A DNA stretch of 64,000 nucleotides from an uncultured Rikenella sp. (GCA_964455705.1 CAYVYM010000002.1:67193-131192), one strand, 5' to 3'; shown: positions 52,713 to 62,812, numbered from the stretch's first letter. Numbers and translations: made by a program. Notes: generated by a model not told the origin, from the letters alone.

Positions 52713-53597
52713 ATGAAAACAGAAGAGGAAAAGATCAGTGTGGCGATCCAGGGCGTGCGTGGGTCATTTCATGATATAGCGGCAGTTGAATTTTTCGCGG
52801 GGGAAGAGATAACAACAGTACCATGCGATACCTTTGATGATCTGTTCCGCATTGTAAGAGGAGGGAAGGCCGGTTACGGCATCGTGGCATTTGAGAACTC
52901 TGTGGCGGGAAGCATCCTTCCCAACTACGAGTTACTTCGCAAGTCGCAGCTCATCGTGACCGGGGAGATCTACCTTCGCATTAAGCAGAACCTGATAGCT
53001 CTTCCCGGACAGCATCTGTCTGATATAACCGAAATACACTCTCACCCCATGGCCATACAACAGTGCAATGTCTTCCTTGATATGATGAGGAAGGAGGGGG
53101 TGAAGGTTGTTGAGACCATTGACACCGCCCTCAGTGCCATGCTTATCAGCGAGAAAAAGCAGCATGGCATAGGCGCTATAGCCAGCAGCAGCGCGGCAGC
53201 AATGTACAACCTGGCGATCATTAAAAAGGAGATCGAGGCTGACAGGCAGAACTTCACGCGGTTCCTGATCATCTCAGGCAGGAGTAACGGGGCTCCCGCC
53301 ATAAGTATGGAAAACAACGCTGACAAGGCGATGGTATGCTTCTCACTGCCCCATAAGGTAGGCTCATTGTCGCAGGTGCTGTCTGTCCTTGCCTTCTACC
53401 AGGTCAGCCTGACAAAAATCCAGTCTCTGCCTATTGTTGGCAAGCCCTGGGAATACCTGTTTCATATCGATTTGTTATTTAGCGACTTTCAGCGCTACCA
53501 CATGGCTCTCGATGCTATACGGCCGCTGACGGAGGGGCTGGAGATAGTTGGTGAATTCAGGCAGGGGGTAATGCCCCATGCTGCCGGACAAAACTGA
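52713..53597 (+). CDS. pheA: prephenate dehydratase (with ACT domain)
   Basis: ISVAIQGVRGSFHDIAA, ENSVAGSI, TRFLII, ACT region SLPHKVGSLSQVLSVLA. Confidence 0.85.
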   Translation: MKTEEEKISVAIQGVRGSFHDIAAVEFFAGEEITTVPCDTFDDLFRIVRGGKAGYGIVAFENSVAGSILPNYELLRKSQLIVTGEIYLRIKQNLIALPGQHLSDITEIHSHPMAIQQCNVFLDMMRKEGVKVVETIDTALSAMLISEKKQHGIGAIASSSAAAMYNLAIIKKEIEADRQNFTRFLIISGRSNGAPAISMENNADKAMVCFSLPHKVGSLSQVLSVLAFYQVSLTKIQSLPIVGKPWEYLFHIDLLFSDFQRYHMALDAIRPLTEGLEIVGEFRQGVMPHAAGQN

Positions 53598-53619
53598 AGA
53601 GAACCCAAACCGTTCAATT

Positions 53620-54813
53620 ATGGAGAAACCAATTATAAAAGCAGCCTCACGCACCGGACTTGTGAATGAGTACTACTTCTCGACCAAGCTGGCCGAGATA
53701 GCCCACATGAGACAACAGGGCATTAACGTCATAAGCCTGGGTATAGGCAGTCCGGACATGCCACCTGCCCCCGATGTAATTGAGGCGCTCGCGAAGAACG
53801 CATCTGACAGCAGCAATCACGGCTACCAGAGTTACAGGGGCATATCTCAGCTCAGGATTGCATTTTCATCATGGTACATGAATTATTTCAGGGTAACGCT
53901 CGAGCCGGATACGGAGATACTGCCACTGATTGGTTCCAAGGAGGGGATAATGCACATCAGCATGGCATTTCTCGATCAGGGTGATGAGGTGCTGGTACCT
54001 GACCCCGGTTATCCGGCTTATGGCGCTGCTGCGAAGCTGGCCGGAGGCCTTCCCAGGAGCTATGACCTTAAGGAGGAAAACGGTTGGATGCCTGATATTG
54101 AGGCTATTGAGGCCTCGGGAGTGAGGAGGGTAAAGATGATGTGGATCAACTATCCACATATGCCCACCGGCGCCAGGGCCACCCCGGCGATCTTTGAGCG
54201 GCTTGTCTCCTTTGCCCGCAGGCACAACATACTGTTATGCCATGACAATCCCTACAGTTTTATACTGAACAATGATCACCTGAGCATCTTCTCCGTTCCC
54301 GGATCCCGTGATGTCGCCCTTGAGCTGAACTCGCTCAGCAAATCGCATAACATGGCTGGTTGGAGGATTGGCATGGTTGCCGGTAGCAGTTCCTTTATAA
54401 ATGACATCCTGAAGATTAAGAGCAACATGGACTCAGGCATGTTCCAGCCGTTACAGGCCGCTGCCGTTAAGGCTCTTGCGGCACCGGACGACTGGTATGC
54501 ACAGCTCAATGAGATCTACAGCCGGCGCCGAAACAGAGCCGCGGAGATAATGAATGCCCTTTCATGTACCTTTGATCCGGGGCAGGCCGGGCTCTTCCTC
54601 TGGGGGAAAATCCCGCCGCAGTTCACTGATGCCGTTGAGATGACAGAGAAACTGTTGCATGAGAATCATATCTTTATCACACCCGGGTCAGTCTTCGGAG
54701 ACAACGGTATGAGACACATCAGGATATCGCTTTGCGCAACTGAGGAACTCCTCACTGCTGCACTGGAAAGAATTAATTCACACAAAAAGGCAACAACCGG
54801 TCAAACACCTTAA
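53620..54813 (+). CDS. class I/II pyridoxal-phosphate aminotransferase (probable aromatic/prephenate aminotransferase)
   Basis: LGIGSPDMPP, NYPHMPTG, SLSKSHNMAGWRIG (PLP lysine). Start placed at ATG 53620, after the pheA stop. Confidence 0.8.
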   Translation: MEKPIIKAASRTGLVNEYYFSTKLAEIAHMRQQGINVISLGIGSPDMPPAPDVIEALAKNASDSSNHGYQSYRGISQLRIAFSSWYMNYFRVTLEPDTEILPLIGSKEGIMHISMAFLDQGDEVLVPDPGYPAYGAAAKLAGGLPRSYDLKEENGWMPDIEAIEASGVRRVKMMWINYPHMPTGARATPAIFERLVSFARRHNILLCHDNPYSFILNNDHLSIFSVPGSRDVALELNSLSKSHNMAGWRIGMVAGSSSFINDILKIKSNMDSGMFQPLQAAAVKALAAPDDWYAQLNEIYSRRRNRAAEIMNALSCTFDPGQAGLFLWGKIPPQFTDAVEMTEKLLHENHIFITPGSVFGDNGMRHIRISLCATEELLTAALERINSHKKATTGQTP

Positions 54814-54818
54814 ATCAA

Positions 54819-55670
54819 ATGTCTGCAAATATATGTATAGTGGGCCTGGGTCTCATAGGAGGCTCCCTGGCCCGAAGCCTGAGGCTTAACGGCTTCTCCG
54901 GCAGGATCACGGGTGTGGAGAGCAATCCGCATCATTGTACCATAGCAATGTACCGGGGTCTGGCCGACGAGTTCCTTCCGCTGGAGGAGGCTGTTGAGCA
55001 ATCGGAGATCATCATCCTCTGCGCTCCTGTTGATGTCAACTGCCAGCTTCTGCCCCGCGTTCTCGACCTGATTCAGGGCACAACAAAAGTGGTTACTGAC
55101 ATGGGGTCAACCAAGGCTGATATCTCTGCGGCAGCCGCAACCCATCCTGCCCGGGGCAGATATGTGTCAGCTCATCCTATGGCAGGCACGGAGCACTCCG
55201 GGCCGGCGGCAGCTGTTGACAGGCTCTTCCATGACAAGGTGGCCATCATATGCGATCCCAGGCGTAGCGACGAGGATGCCCTGGAGCTGATAACAGCCCT
55301 GTTCCAGTCGTTTAACATGCATATCCGGTATATGAAGTCATCAGACCACGATGTGCACGTGGCGTACGTGTCGCACATATCACATATAACTTCCTTCGCT
55401 CTGGCGCTGTGCGTCCTTGAAAAAGAGAAGAACACCGAGAACATCATGTCTCTTGCCGCGGGAGGGTTTGAGAGTACGGTTCGCCTTTCGAAGAGCAGCG
55501 GAGAGACCTGGGCCCCGATCTTCATTGGGAACTCCGGTCCCATACTCGAGGTTATTGACACTTATATCGAAAAGATGCGCCTCTTCAAGCGATATATAAA
55601 GAATGGCGACCACGACTCACTGAGAGACCTGATGAGATCAGCCAACGAGATAGGCCATATACTTAAATGA
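54819..55670 (+). CDS. tyrA: prephenate dehydrogenase
   Basis: ICIVGLGLIGGSLARSL Rossmann motif, AHPMAGTEHSG. Confidence 0.8.
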   Translation: MSANICIVGLGLIGGSLARSLRLNGFSGRITGVESNPHHCTIAMYRGLADEFLPLEEAVEQSEIIILCAPVDVNCQLLPRVLDLIQGTTKVVTDMGSTKADISAAAATHPARGRYVSAHPMAGTEHSGPAAAVDRLFHDKVAIICDPRRSDEDALELITALFQSFNMHIRYMKSSDHDVHVAYVSHISHITSFALALCVLEKEKNTENIMSLAAGGFESTVRLSKSSGETWAPIFIGNSGPILEVIDTYIEKMRLFKRYIKNGDHDSLRDLMRSANEIGHILK

Positions 55671-55685
55671 ACCTCTGACTATATC

Positions 55686-56801
55686 ATGAAAAGAGAGACC
55701 ATTACACCAACGAATAAGAAACTTGATATCACTCCGATAGAGGAGTGGTCCATATATAAGCAACGGCCCCTGATGATAGCCGGGCCCTGCAGTGCCGAAA
55801 GTGAGGAGCAGGTGATGCTCACCGCCGCCGGGCTGGCAGCCACGGGCAAAATTGATCTCTTCCGTGCCGGCATCTGGAAGCCGAGAACCCGTCCTGACCA
55901 ATTTGAAGGAGTGGGCACCGTAGGGCTGAAATGGCTGCGGACGGTGAGAGAGGTATACGGTCTTCCCGTCTCCGTTGAGGTGGCTACGGAGAAGCATGTC
56001 TATGAAGCATTAAAGCATGGTGTTGATGCCGTCTGGATAGGAGCACGCACAAGTGTCAACCCGTTTGCCATGCAGGAAATAGCAACAGCACTTAAAGGCG
56101 CAGACGTTATGGTGTTCGTCAAGAATCCCATTAATCCTGATCTTGAACTCTGGATCGGCGCCATTGAAAGAATAAGCAAGGCGGGTATCACTCATCTTGC
56201 TGCCATCCATCGCGGATTCTCATCGTGGGAGAAGAGTGCCTTCCGCAACCAGCCGCGATGGCAGATACCAGTTGAACTGCGCCAGCGTATACCTCTCCTG
56301 CCGATGATATGTGATCCGAGTCACATGGGTGGCGACAGGTCGTTCATCGGCGACCTTTCACAGAAAGCGATGGACCTGAACTACGACGGCCTGATGATAG
56401 AGTCACACATCGATCCGGAAAGCGCGCTGAGCGACAGGAAGCAGCAGGTCACACCGGCAGAGCTGACTGGGATAATTGACAGCCTGGTGCTCAGGTCACC
56501 GACGACGGATGACCCCGAGTTCCTTGAGACGATTGAGGACCTGCGCAGCCAGATAGATGTATATGACAACCTGCTCCTTGATATCCTCGAGAGCCGCATG
56601 CAGGTGGCTGAGACAATTGGGAGATACAAGAAGGAACACAACATCACCATACTACAAAGCACCAGGTGGAAGGAGGTGAAGAACAACGCTGTGGACAAAG
56701 GGGTAAGAAAGGGGCTGACACCGGAGTTCATCCAGACCTTCCTGGAGGCGATACACCAGGAATCTATCACTCACCAGATGAAAGTGATGAAAGAAGATTA
56801 A
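55686..56801 (+). CDS. bifunctional 3-deoxy-7-phosphoheptulonate (DAHP) synthase / chorismate mutase type II
   Basis: KDO8P/DAHP-synthase-like TIM barrel (MIAGPCSAESEEQ, CDPSHMGG, LMIESHIDP), then a C-terminal chorismate-mutase helix region (LRSQIDVYDNLLLDILESRMQVAETIGRYK). Confidence 0.8.
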   Translation: MKRETITPTNKKLDITPIEEWSIYKQRPLMIAGPCSAESEEQVMLTAAGLAATGKIDLFRAGIWKPRTRPDQFEGVGTVGLKWLRTVREVYGLPVSVEVATEKHVYEALKHGVDAVWIGARTSVNPFAMQEIATALKGADVMVFVKNPINPDLELWIGAIERISKAGITHLAAIHRGFSSWEKSAFRNQPRWQIPVELRQRIPLLPMICDPSHMGGDRSFIGDLSQKAMDLNYDGLMIESHIDPESALSDRKQQVTPAELTGIIDSLVLRSPTTDDPEFLETIEDLRSQIDVYDNLLLDILESRMQVAETIGRYKKEHNITILQSTRWKEVKNNAVDKGVRKGLTPEFIQTFLEAIHQESITHQMKVMKED

Positions 56802-56849
56802 TTTAGTATACTTGTATACAGTTCACATTTCTGAATTATAAACCGTTCA

Positions 56850-58100
56850 ATGGAGATCACCGTTCATCCGTCATATCTTAAAGGAAAGATTGAGGCGCCG
56901 GCAAGCAAAAGTCTCACTCAAAGAGCTATAGCTGCAGGACTGCTGGCTAAAGGCACAACAGTGATCCGCAATCCTTCATTCTGCAATGACTCCCTGGCAG
57001 CCATAAACATGGCCGGTGCCCTTGGCGCCCGGATCACAAGGGAGCACGGTTCAATTACCGTACAGACAGGTCTGAGACCTGTCGCCCCCGTAACCCTCCA
57101 CTGCGGAGAATCAGGCCTGGCGTTGAGAATGTTTGCCCCTATCTCTGCCCTGCTCTCGGATCATGTGACTCTCACCGGTGAGGGCTCTCTGCTCCGGAGG
57201 CCCGTGAACATGATAGTTGAGGCCTTGAGCCAGCTGGGAGTACAGGCAGAGACCAGTGGCGGTTTTTTGTCGGTGACGCTAACGGGCAGACTGAGAGGAG
57301 GCATGGTGGCCATTGACGGCTCAACAGGCTCGCAACTGCTTACGGGACTGCTTATGGCGCTGCCGCTGGCAGCGGAGGAGAGTCTGATTGAGGTGGCTTA
57401 TCTGAGGAGCAGGCCATATATAAGCCTGACCCTTAAGTTACTGGAGGATTTTGGCATCAGAGTTGATAACACCGGCTTCAGCCGTTTCGTCATACCCGGG
57501 AACCAGGAGTACCATCCGCGTGAATACAGGGTTGAGGGCGACTGGAGCGGGGCAGCGTTCCTGCTTGTTGCCGGGGCACTGACAGGTGACGTCACCGTAG
57601 GTAACCTCAATGTTGCAAGCCTGCAGTCGGACAGGGCAATAATGCGGGCGCTGCATGATGCCGGTTGTCTATTAACAGAAACCGATGAAGGGGTGAAGGC
57701 TGAGAGGTCTGATCTCAGGGCATTTGACTTTGATGCCACTGATTCCCCTGATCTGTTTCCGCCCCTGGCAGCACTGGCAGCCGGGTGCAGGGGCACAAGC
57801 AGGATCAGAGGTGTAAGCCGCCTCGTGCATAAGGAGAGTGACAGGGCAGGCACTATCACAGGTGTGCTTGATGCTCTCGCGATAAGATCAGGCATTGAAG
57901 GTGATGAGATGCTCATTGAGGGCGGGACGGTCAGTGGTGGCGTTGTCTCGTCACATAATGATCATCGTATAGCCATGATGGCTGCCGTGATGGCTGCCGG
58001 CGCCTCGGGTGGGGTCACCATCAGGAACGCCGAAGCGGTGGCAAAATCATATCCCGGCTTCTTTGATGACATGAGCCTGATAGGGGCTGCGATATCCTGA
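56850..58100 (+). CDS. aroA: 3-phosphoshikimate 1-carboxyvinyltransferase (EPSP synthase)
   Basis: APASKSLTQRAI, LHCGESGLALR, HKESDRAG, NDHRIAMM. Confidence 0.9.
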   Translation: MEITVHPSYLKGKIEAPASKSLTQRAIAAGLLAKGTTVIRNPSFCNDSLAAINMAGALGARITREHGSITVQTGLRPVAPVTLHCGESGLALRMFAPISALLSDHVTLTGEGSLLRRPVNMIVEALSQLGVQAETSGGFLSVTLTGRLRGGMVAIDGSTGSQLLTGLLMALPLAAEESLIEVAYLRSRPYISLTLKLLEDFGIRVDNTGFSRFVIPGNQEYHPREYRVEGDWSGAAFLLVAGALTGDVTVGNLNVASLQSDRAIMRALHDAGCLLTETDEGVKAERSDLRAFDFDATDSPDLFPPLAALAAGCRGTSRIRGVSRLVHKESDRAGTITGVLDALAIRSGIEGDEMLIEGGTVSGGVVSSHNDHRIAMMAAVMAAGASGGVTIRNAEAVAKSYPGFFDDMSLIGAAIS

Positions 58101-58138
58101 AATCAGGAGACTGACTACCGTTTCTGCTGATAGTGACT

Positions 58139-58163
58139 GCACCTGCAAACTAGAAACAGGTGC
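58139..58163. terminator. hairpin between convergent aroA and the AKR gene
   Basis: GCACCTG-(11 nt)-CAGGTGC. There is no T-run on either side, so confidence is low. Confidence 0.3.
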
Positions 58164-58215
58164 GATATCTGACAAGCGCATCATGTACTGAACCGGCAGG
58201 AGAAGTTTTAAAGGC

Positions 58216-59442
58216 TCAACTCATCATTATATGCGCTTTGGCGAGTTTATCCGGGATACGCAGATGGAGAGGACAATTCTCAATGCATGTTCCGCAACTG
58301 GTGCAAGTATCTCCTTTTGTCGGAAGCCCGGCATAAAGTGAACTTGCCATTAACCAGTCGTGATCATCCATGGCATATCGCTCAAAGCGCAGAATATCGG
58401 TTATCGGAATATGCTGAGGGCAATACGACTGGCATTTACCGCACAGACGGCATGCCGTCATGTCTGCCCTGGCGATCATCATGTCCAGAACCTGCTTGTC
58501 CTGAGCTCTCAGCTCCTTGCCGGCACCTGAATATGTTTCAGTAAACTCATCAATGTTCCTCACACGGATGATTGCGGCATCAAGCTTCGTACGTGTTGTG
58601 AGCCAGCGCACAAGTGCATTATGAGGTGAGGTTCCTTCAGGCAGTTGTTCCATGAACGTCTGATCCTGCGTCATGCGACCTATTCCCCGTGCCGTTTTCA
58701 TGGCAATAGTACCAAAGTTGTTCTTCCGGGCAAGCTCCAGGAAATCATTCATCTCATCTCCTTCTCCATATGAATACATGAACTGGGCATGCTCATACAG
58801 GCCATCTTCGATCACGGCAGTGAGTATCCCGACAGTACCCTGTCCTCCCTTAACCCTTGGGCTGCCCTCATAACTATGCTGAGACAGGCAGAGGTGTTTC
58901 ACCAGTCCTTCCTTTTTCAGACGTTCAAAGGCACGGATAAAGCTTCTGTCATTTTTCAGCTCATCACTGTTATGATAGCCGTAATGCAGCTGCATGTCAT
59001 CAAAGTAACCCAGTCCGGTTTTCGTTACAGCCTCCCTGACAAACCTGTAGTGCTCATCCTCATTGAAATGCCCCTGGAAGTGATCGCCACCGACCCTGTC
59101 AACAGTCACCTGACAGTAATGCTCATCCCTGTTCTTCAGGATAATGTCCGGAGCCCCGCTGCTCCAGCGGTTAGCTTTATGCCAGTAGTTCATGCCGCAC
59201 CTGACGCCTGCCTCCACGAGCTCGGGTGACATGTCTCCTGCACCAATCATGATTGATACCTCCCTGTCACTGTATCCCAGTTTCCGGCGGGGGAATGTAC
59301 CCACTTTCTGAAAGACTTCTTCAATGACCGGCAGTATCGCGTTACTCCGTCCGTCGGCAAGTTTGCCGGTAATGCCGGCAAGAATTGCGGTTGACGACAA
59401 CTTCAGAAATCTTCTTCGCTTGATTGAGTTACTGTTTTTCAT
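58216..59442 (-). CDS. aldo/keto-reductase-fold protein with twin-arginine signal and C-terminal 2x[4Fe-4S]-type Cys motifs
   Basis: N-terminus SIKRRRFLKLSSTAILAG (Tat-like), AKR-like barrel region, C-terminal CRLCGKCQSYCP and CTSCGTCIENCP. Confidence 0.7.
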   Translation of the reverse strand: MKNSNSIKRRRFLKLSSTAILAGITGKLADGRSNAILPVIEEVFQKVGTFPRRKLGYSDREVSIMIGAGDMSPELVEAGVRCGMNYWHKANRWSSGAPDIILKNRDEHYCQVTVDRVGGDHFQGHFNEDEHYRFVREAVTKTGLGYFDDMQLHYGYHNSDELKNDRSFIRAFERLKKEGLVKHLCLSQHSYEGSPRVKGGQGTVGILTAVIEDGLYEHAQFMYSYGEGDEMNDFLELARKNNFGTIAMKTARGIGRMTQDQTFMEQLPEGTSPHNALVRWLTTRTKLDAAIIRVRNIDEFTETYSGAGKELRAQDKQVLDMMIARADMTACRLCGKCQSYCPQHIPITDILRFERYAMDDHDWLMASSLYAGLPTKGDTCTSCGTCIENCPLHLRIPDKLAKAHIMMS

Positions 59443-59481
59443 GTTTCAGTGTTTTACTTAGTTTCATAGGCCTCAATAATC

Positions 59482-59489
59482 CAAATCTA
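59482..59489 (-). promoter_or_regulatory. candidate -7 box (TAGATTTG on minus strand) for the AKR gene
   Basis: Perfect TAnnTTTG 40 nt upstream of the start at 59442. Confidence 0.35.
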
Positions 59490-59884
59490 AGATTTTTTTC
59501 AAATATGACATGATGATCAAGACGAAGCGATATTATTATCCAATGGCCTTCACTGGTTGGAGATAATACTCCGGAGCCCCGGCGGAGGTCACGCCCTGAC
59601 TGACACTGTATCAAGAATAGAGAAACAGGTATCAGGATCATGTATCCGCTATCCGGAATATGGAATCTCCGGGATGTGGGAATTATGTAATTAATTGCAA
59701 TAACCATGTAACAATTTTAATTGCCGGTTGTTATAATTTTACATGGGTAATCTTTGCCATCATTTATAATCATAGAGTCCGCTTCGGAGAGGTCCCTTAT
59801 ATTGTATTATCGAAATACAGACAGTTTAGGTTAGGGCGTTTTGGGCGGGATTATCCGGGGCGGACTTATTAAAAACTAAAAATC

Positions 59885-60160
59885 ATGAGCTCAGGAAAAG
59901 TAGTATTGGCATTAGTGGTCGGAGCAGCTGCCGGCGCAGTATTAGGGATTCTGTTTGCCCCGGCAAAAGGATCGGAAACACGCAAGGAACTTACCGGAAA
60001 AGGTGAGGAGCTTAAGGAATCGATTAAGGAGAAATTCAATGATTTTCTTGACGACATATCTCAAAAATATGACGATGTAAGTCAGAAGGTGAACGATAGG
60101 ACTGATTCGGGAAGTACCAGGGAAGAACCTGGTAAAAAGGCAAAAACCTCTGCGGTTTGA
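59885..60160 (+). CDS. YtxH-domain protein
   Basis: LALVVGAAAGAVLGILFAPAKGSETRKEL N-terminus, then a charged helical tail. Confidence 0.75.
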   Translation: MSSGKVVLALVVGAAAGAVLGILFAPAKGSETRKELTGKGEELKESIKEKFNDFLDDISQKYDDVSQKVNDRTDSGSTREEPGKKAKTSAV

Positions 60161-60196
60161 TGTCTTTATCCAATTCAGGATCATAACCTGGAATTT

Positions 60197-60550
60197 ATGA
60201 CCGCAACCATGGAAGATAACATCGGGATCATCGAGGAACTGCTGGAAAAAGCTGCAGAATACGGTAAGGAAGAATTGGAGCTGGCCAAGCTTAAAGCTAT
60301 TGACAAAACCTCAGATATTGTTTCAGCAAGTGTACCCAGTCTCATTGTCATTGTAGCAGTTAGTGTTTTCATGCTGTTCCTTAATCTGGGTGTTGCCCTG
60401 TGGGTGGGCGGACTTCTTGACAACCTCTTTCTCGGGTTTTTTGCGGTAGCGGCTTTCTATGGTATCATCGCCCTGATATTGCATCTATTCATGCGTAAAT
60501 GGCTTAAGAGAAAGGTCGGCGATTACATCATAGAGCGGGTTCTTAATTAA
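60197..60550 (+). CDS. small two-TM membrane protein (phage-holin-like family usually paired with YtxH)
   Basis: Amphipathic N-terminus and two TM helices. The family assignment is from memory. Confidence 0.45.
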   Translation: MTATMEDNIGIIEELLEKAAEYGKEELELAKLKAIDKTSDIVSASVPSLIVIVAVSVFMLFLNLGVALWVGGLLDNLFLGFFAVAAFYGIIALILHLFMRKWLKRKVGDYIIERVLN

Positions 60551-60556
60551 ATTCAG

Positions 60557-60961
60557 ATGCAAACAATAACTTCAACTGCCGACCTTAGAATAGCAATACA
60601 ATTGCTTGAAACTGAGCATGCTGCCAATGGGAAGCAGTTGAAAGCGCAATTCAATGCCACCTATGAATCCTTCAAGCCTGTCAACCTGATCCGTGGTGCC
60701 CTGCATGATATTACATCATCGCCACATTTGGTCGATAACATTCTGGGTACAACACTGGGACTGGCCGCCGGTTTGGTTTCAAACGTTGTTTTCAAAGGCC
60801 TGGCAGGTCCGGGGCTCAGAAGGGTTATAAACCCCGTATTGCAGTCAGGAGTCACAAGCTTTGTTGCAAAACACACCGGCTCATTAAGGTCAATGGGAGA
60901 GATTGCCCTTCTGCGTATTTTCCGGCCCAAAAGCCTGAAATCCGGAAGTCGTGACAAATGA
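60557..60961 (+). CDS. hypothetical protein
   Basis: ORF in the operon with the YtxH gene. No motif recognised. Confidence 0.45.
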   Translation: MQTITSTADLRIAIQLLETEHAANGKQLKAQFNATYESFKPVNLIRGALHDITSSPHLVDNILGTTLGLAAGLVSNVVFKGLAGPGLRRVINPVLQSGVTSFVAKHTGSLRSMGEIALLRIFRPKSLKSGSRDK

Positions 60962-62063
60962 AGGGTTTAAACTGCCGGTTTATCAGAAAGCAAGCATTCT
61001 ATTAACCGGCATTGCAATCCTTATTGCTATGCTCTATGTCGGGAAGAGCATTTTCATACCGGTAGTTTTCGCGGTCATATTGGCCATAGTACTCCATCCG
61101 GTAGTTAACTTTTTTGTAGACAGGAAAATAAACAGGGTTATAGCTATCATTATTACCCTTACAATCACTTTTCTGGTCATAGCAGCATTTGGTGCGCTAT
61201 TTCTTTCACAGGCAAACCGTCTGAGCGATTCATTGCCATTTCTGGCAGACAAGTTCACAGAGACTATAAACCAGTCTATAATATGGATATCAGATCGTTT
61301 CGACGTGAACGCCCGGAAGCTGGCTGACTGGGTTGCAAAAACGCGCAGTGAACTGGTTGATACCGGCACCGCCGCCATCGGGAACACGCTTATCTCCATC
61401 GGCAACCTGGTGGTGGTGCTCTTCCTGATCCCGGTTTACGTTTTTATGCTCCTTTTTTACCACCCGATCCTGATAGAGTTTATCCACAGGCTTTTCAGTT
61501 CGGGCCAGCAAAGCAAAGTGAGCCAACTGGTGAGCGAGACCAAGAAACTCATTCAGCAATATCTCATTGGTCTGATCATTGAGACCGGGATTATGGCCGT
61601 TCTGAATACTACCGCCCTCTTAATACTCGGCATCGAATATGCTTTGCTGCTCGGCATCCTTGGCGCATTACTGAACCTTATACGTTACATAGGAGGAATA
61701 GTGGCCGTGGCATTGCCGATGATTGTGGCACTTATAACCAAAGATTCTGCATGGTACCCCGTTTATGTCCTGATTATCTACTCTCTGATCCAATTGGTAG
61801 ACAACAATTACATCGTTCCCAAGGTAGTTGCTTCAAAAGTAAAGCTCAATGCACTGTTCTCACTCCTGGCAATAATTTTTGGGGCTGTCATATGGGGGAT
61901 TGCCGGGATGTTCCTTGCAATACCTCTTCTTGCCGTTGTAAAACTCATCTGTGATCATGTAGAACCATTGAAACCCTGGGGGTTCCTGCTGGGTGATACC
62001 ATGCCTCCGGTAATCAGTATTAAGGCAGTCTTCAAAAAGCCGGCGAAGGGAACAATATTATAA
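60951..62063 (+). CDS. AI-2E family (PerM/UPF0118) transporter
   Basis: About eight TM helices. Conserved YIVPKVVASKVKLNAL and the C-terminal region. It appears to start at GTG 60951, overlapping the previous stop. The first in-frame ATG would delete TM1. Confidence 0.7.
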   Translation: MTNEGFKLPVYQKASILLTGIAILIAMLYVGKSIFIPVVFAVILAIVLHPVVNFFVDRKINRVIAIIITLTITFLVIAAFGALFLSQANRLSDSLPFLADKFTETINQSIIWISDRFDVNARKLADWVAKTRSELVDTGTAAIGNTLISIGNLVVVLFLIPVYVFMLLFYHPILIEFIHRLFSSGQQSKVSQLVSETKKLIQQYLIGLIIETGIMAVLNTTALLILGIEYALLLGILGALLNLIRYIGGIVAVALPMIVALITKDSAWYPVYVLIIYSLIQLVDNNYIVPKVVASKVKLNALFSLLAIIFGAVIWGIAGMFLAIPLLAVVKLICDHVEPLKPWGFLLGDTMPPVISIKAVFKKPAKGTIL

Positions 62064-62205
62064 AGCGCGCCTGATAATCCTCAACAACTAAAATCCCAGA
62101 TATATGGGAACTATGTAACATGCTAACACAAATCTGTAACACTTCTTCATCTGAATTCCTGCACCTTTGCAGCAATTGTATACTCCCTGAGACAGCAGGG
62201 ACAAA

Positions 62206-62808
62206 ATGAAAACCAATCAGAAAGAGATGAAACAGAAAATGAGACTTTTACCAGTATTCCTTGCAGCGTTCCTGATTACGGGCGTTGCCAGTGCACAACA
62301 CAGTTCTTCGCCTGCCGGACATGTCGTTTTTGGGGTTAAGGGCGGAATAAATTTCTTTAATGTTCAGAACGACAACAGTACCAGTTATGATCAGAGAACC
62401 GGGTATCACTTTGGTATTCTTGGCCATATCCATCGCAACAACCAATGGGCAGTTCAGCCTGAACTGGTTTATTCCGCACAGGGTGCAAAAAACCTGAACC
62501 TGGATTATCTGAATGTCCCTGTCCTGATACAGTATATGTTTGACAACGGTTTCAGGCTTCAGGCCGGTCCACAGTTGGGATTGCTTGTCAGTTCAGACAA
62601 TAATGATGATTGGAACCCTATTGATATTGCACTTAGTGTCGGAGCAAGCTATGTAGTTCCGGCAACCGGGTTTGGTATTGACCTGAGATACAATCACGGA
62701 TTAAACGATATAAATAAAAGCAGTGTAAAAACGACCAACAGGGGCGTCCAGTTTGGACTGTTTTACCTCTTTGGCCATGACGCTGAAAGAGCTATCAGGA
62801 ACCTTTAG
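62206..62808 (+). CDS. outer-membrane beta-barrel (porin-family, OMP_b-brl_2-like) protein
   Basis: Signal peptide, FGVKGGINFFNV, alternating beta-strand pattern, C-terminal RGVQFGLFYLF. Confidence 0.65.
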   Translation: MKTNQKEMKQKMRLLPVFLAAFLITGVASAQHSSSPAGHVVFGVKGGINFFNVQNDNSTSYDQRTGYHFGILGHIHRNNQWAVQPELVYSAQGAKNLNLDYLNVPVLIQYMFDNGFRLQAGPQLGLLVSSDNNDDWNPIDIALSVGASYVVPATGFGIDLRYNHGLNDINKSSVKTTNRGVQFGLFYLFGHDAERAIRNL

Positions 62809-62812
62809 CAGC

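Noticed and set aside
52664-52777. Second mini-ORF (MMKAVPQVRDFFYRN...) overlapping the attenuator terminator and the pheA start
   Set aside because: Its Phe-Phe-Tyr codons are simply the terminator T-run read in frame. It spans the stem-loop and runs into pheA in another frame. The upstream 24-codon ORF (52561-52635) fits attenuation geometry far better.
59429-59872. Two ORFs (92 aa minus, 70 aa plus) in the 442-bp spacer
   Set aside because: The first overlaps the AKR start and promoter. Both have odd composition and no motifs, and they overlap each other. The region is treated as non-coding.
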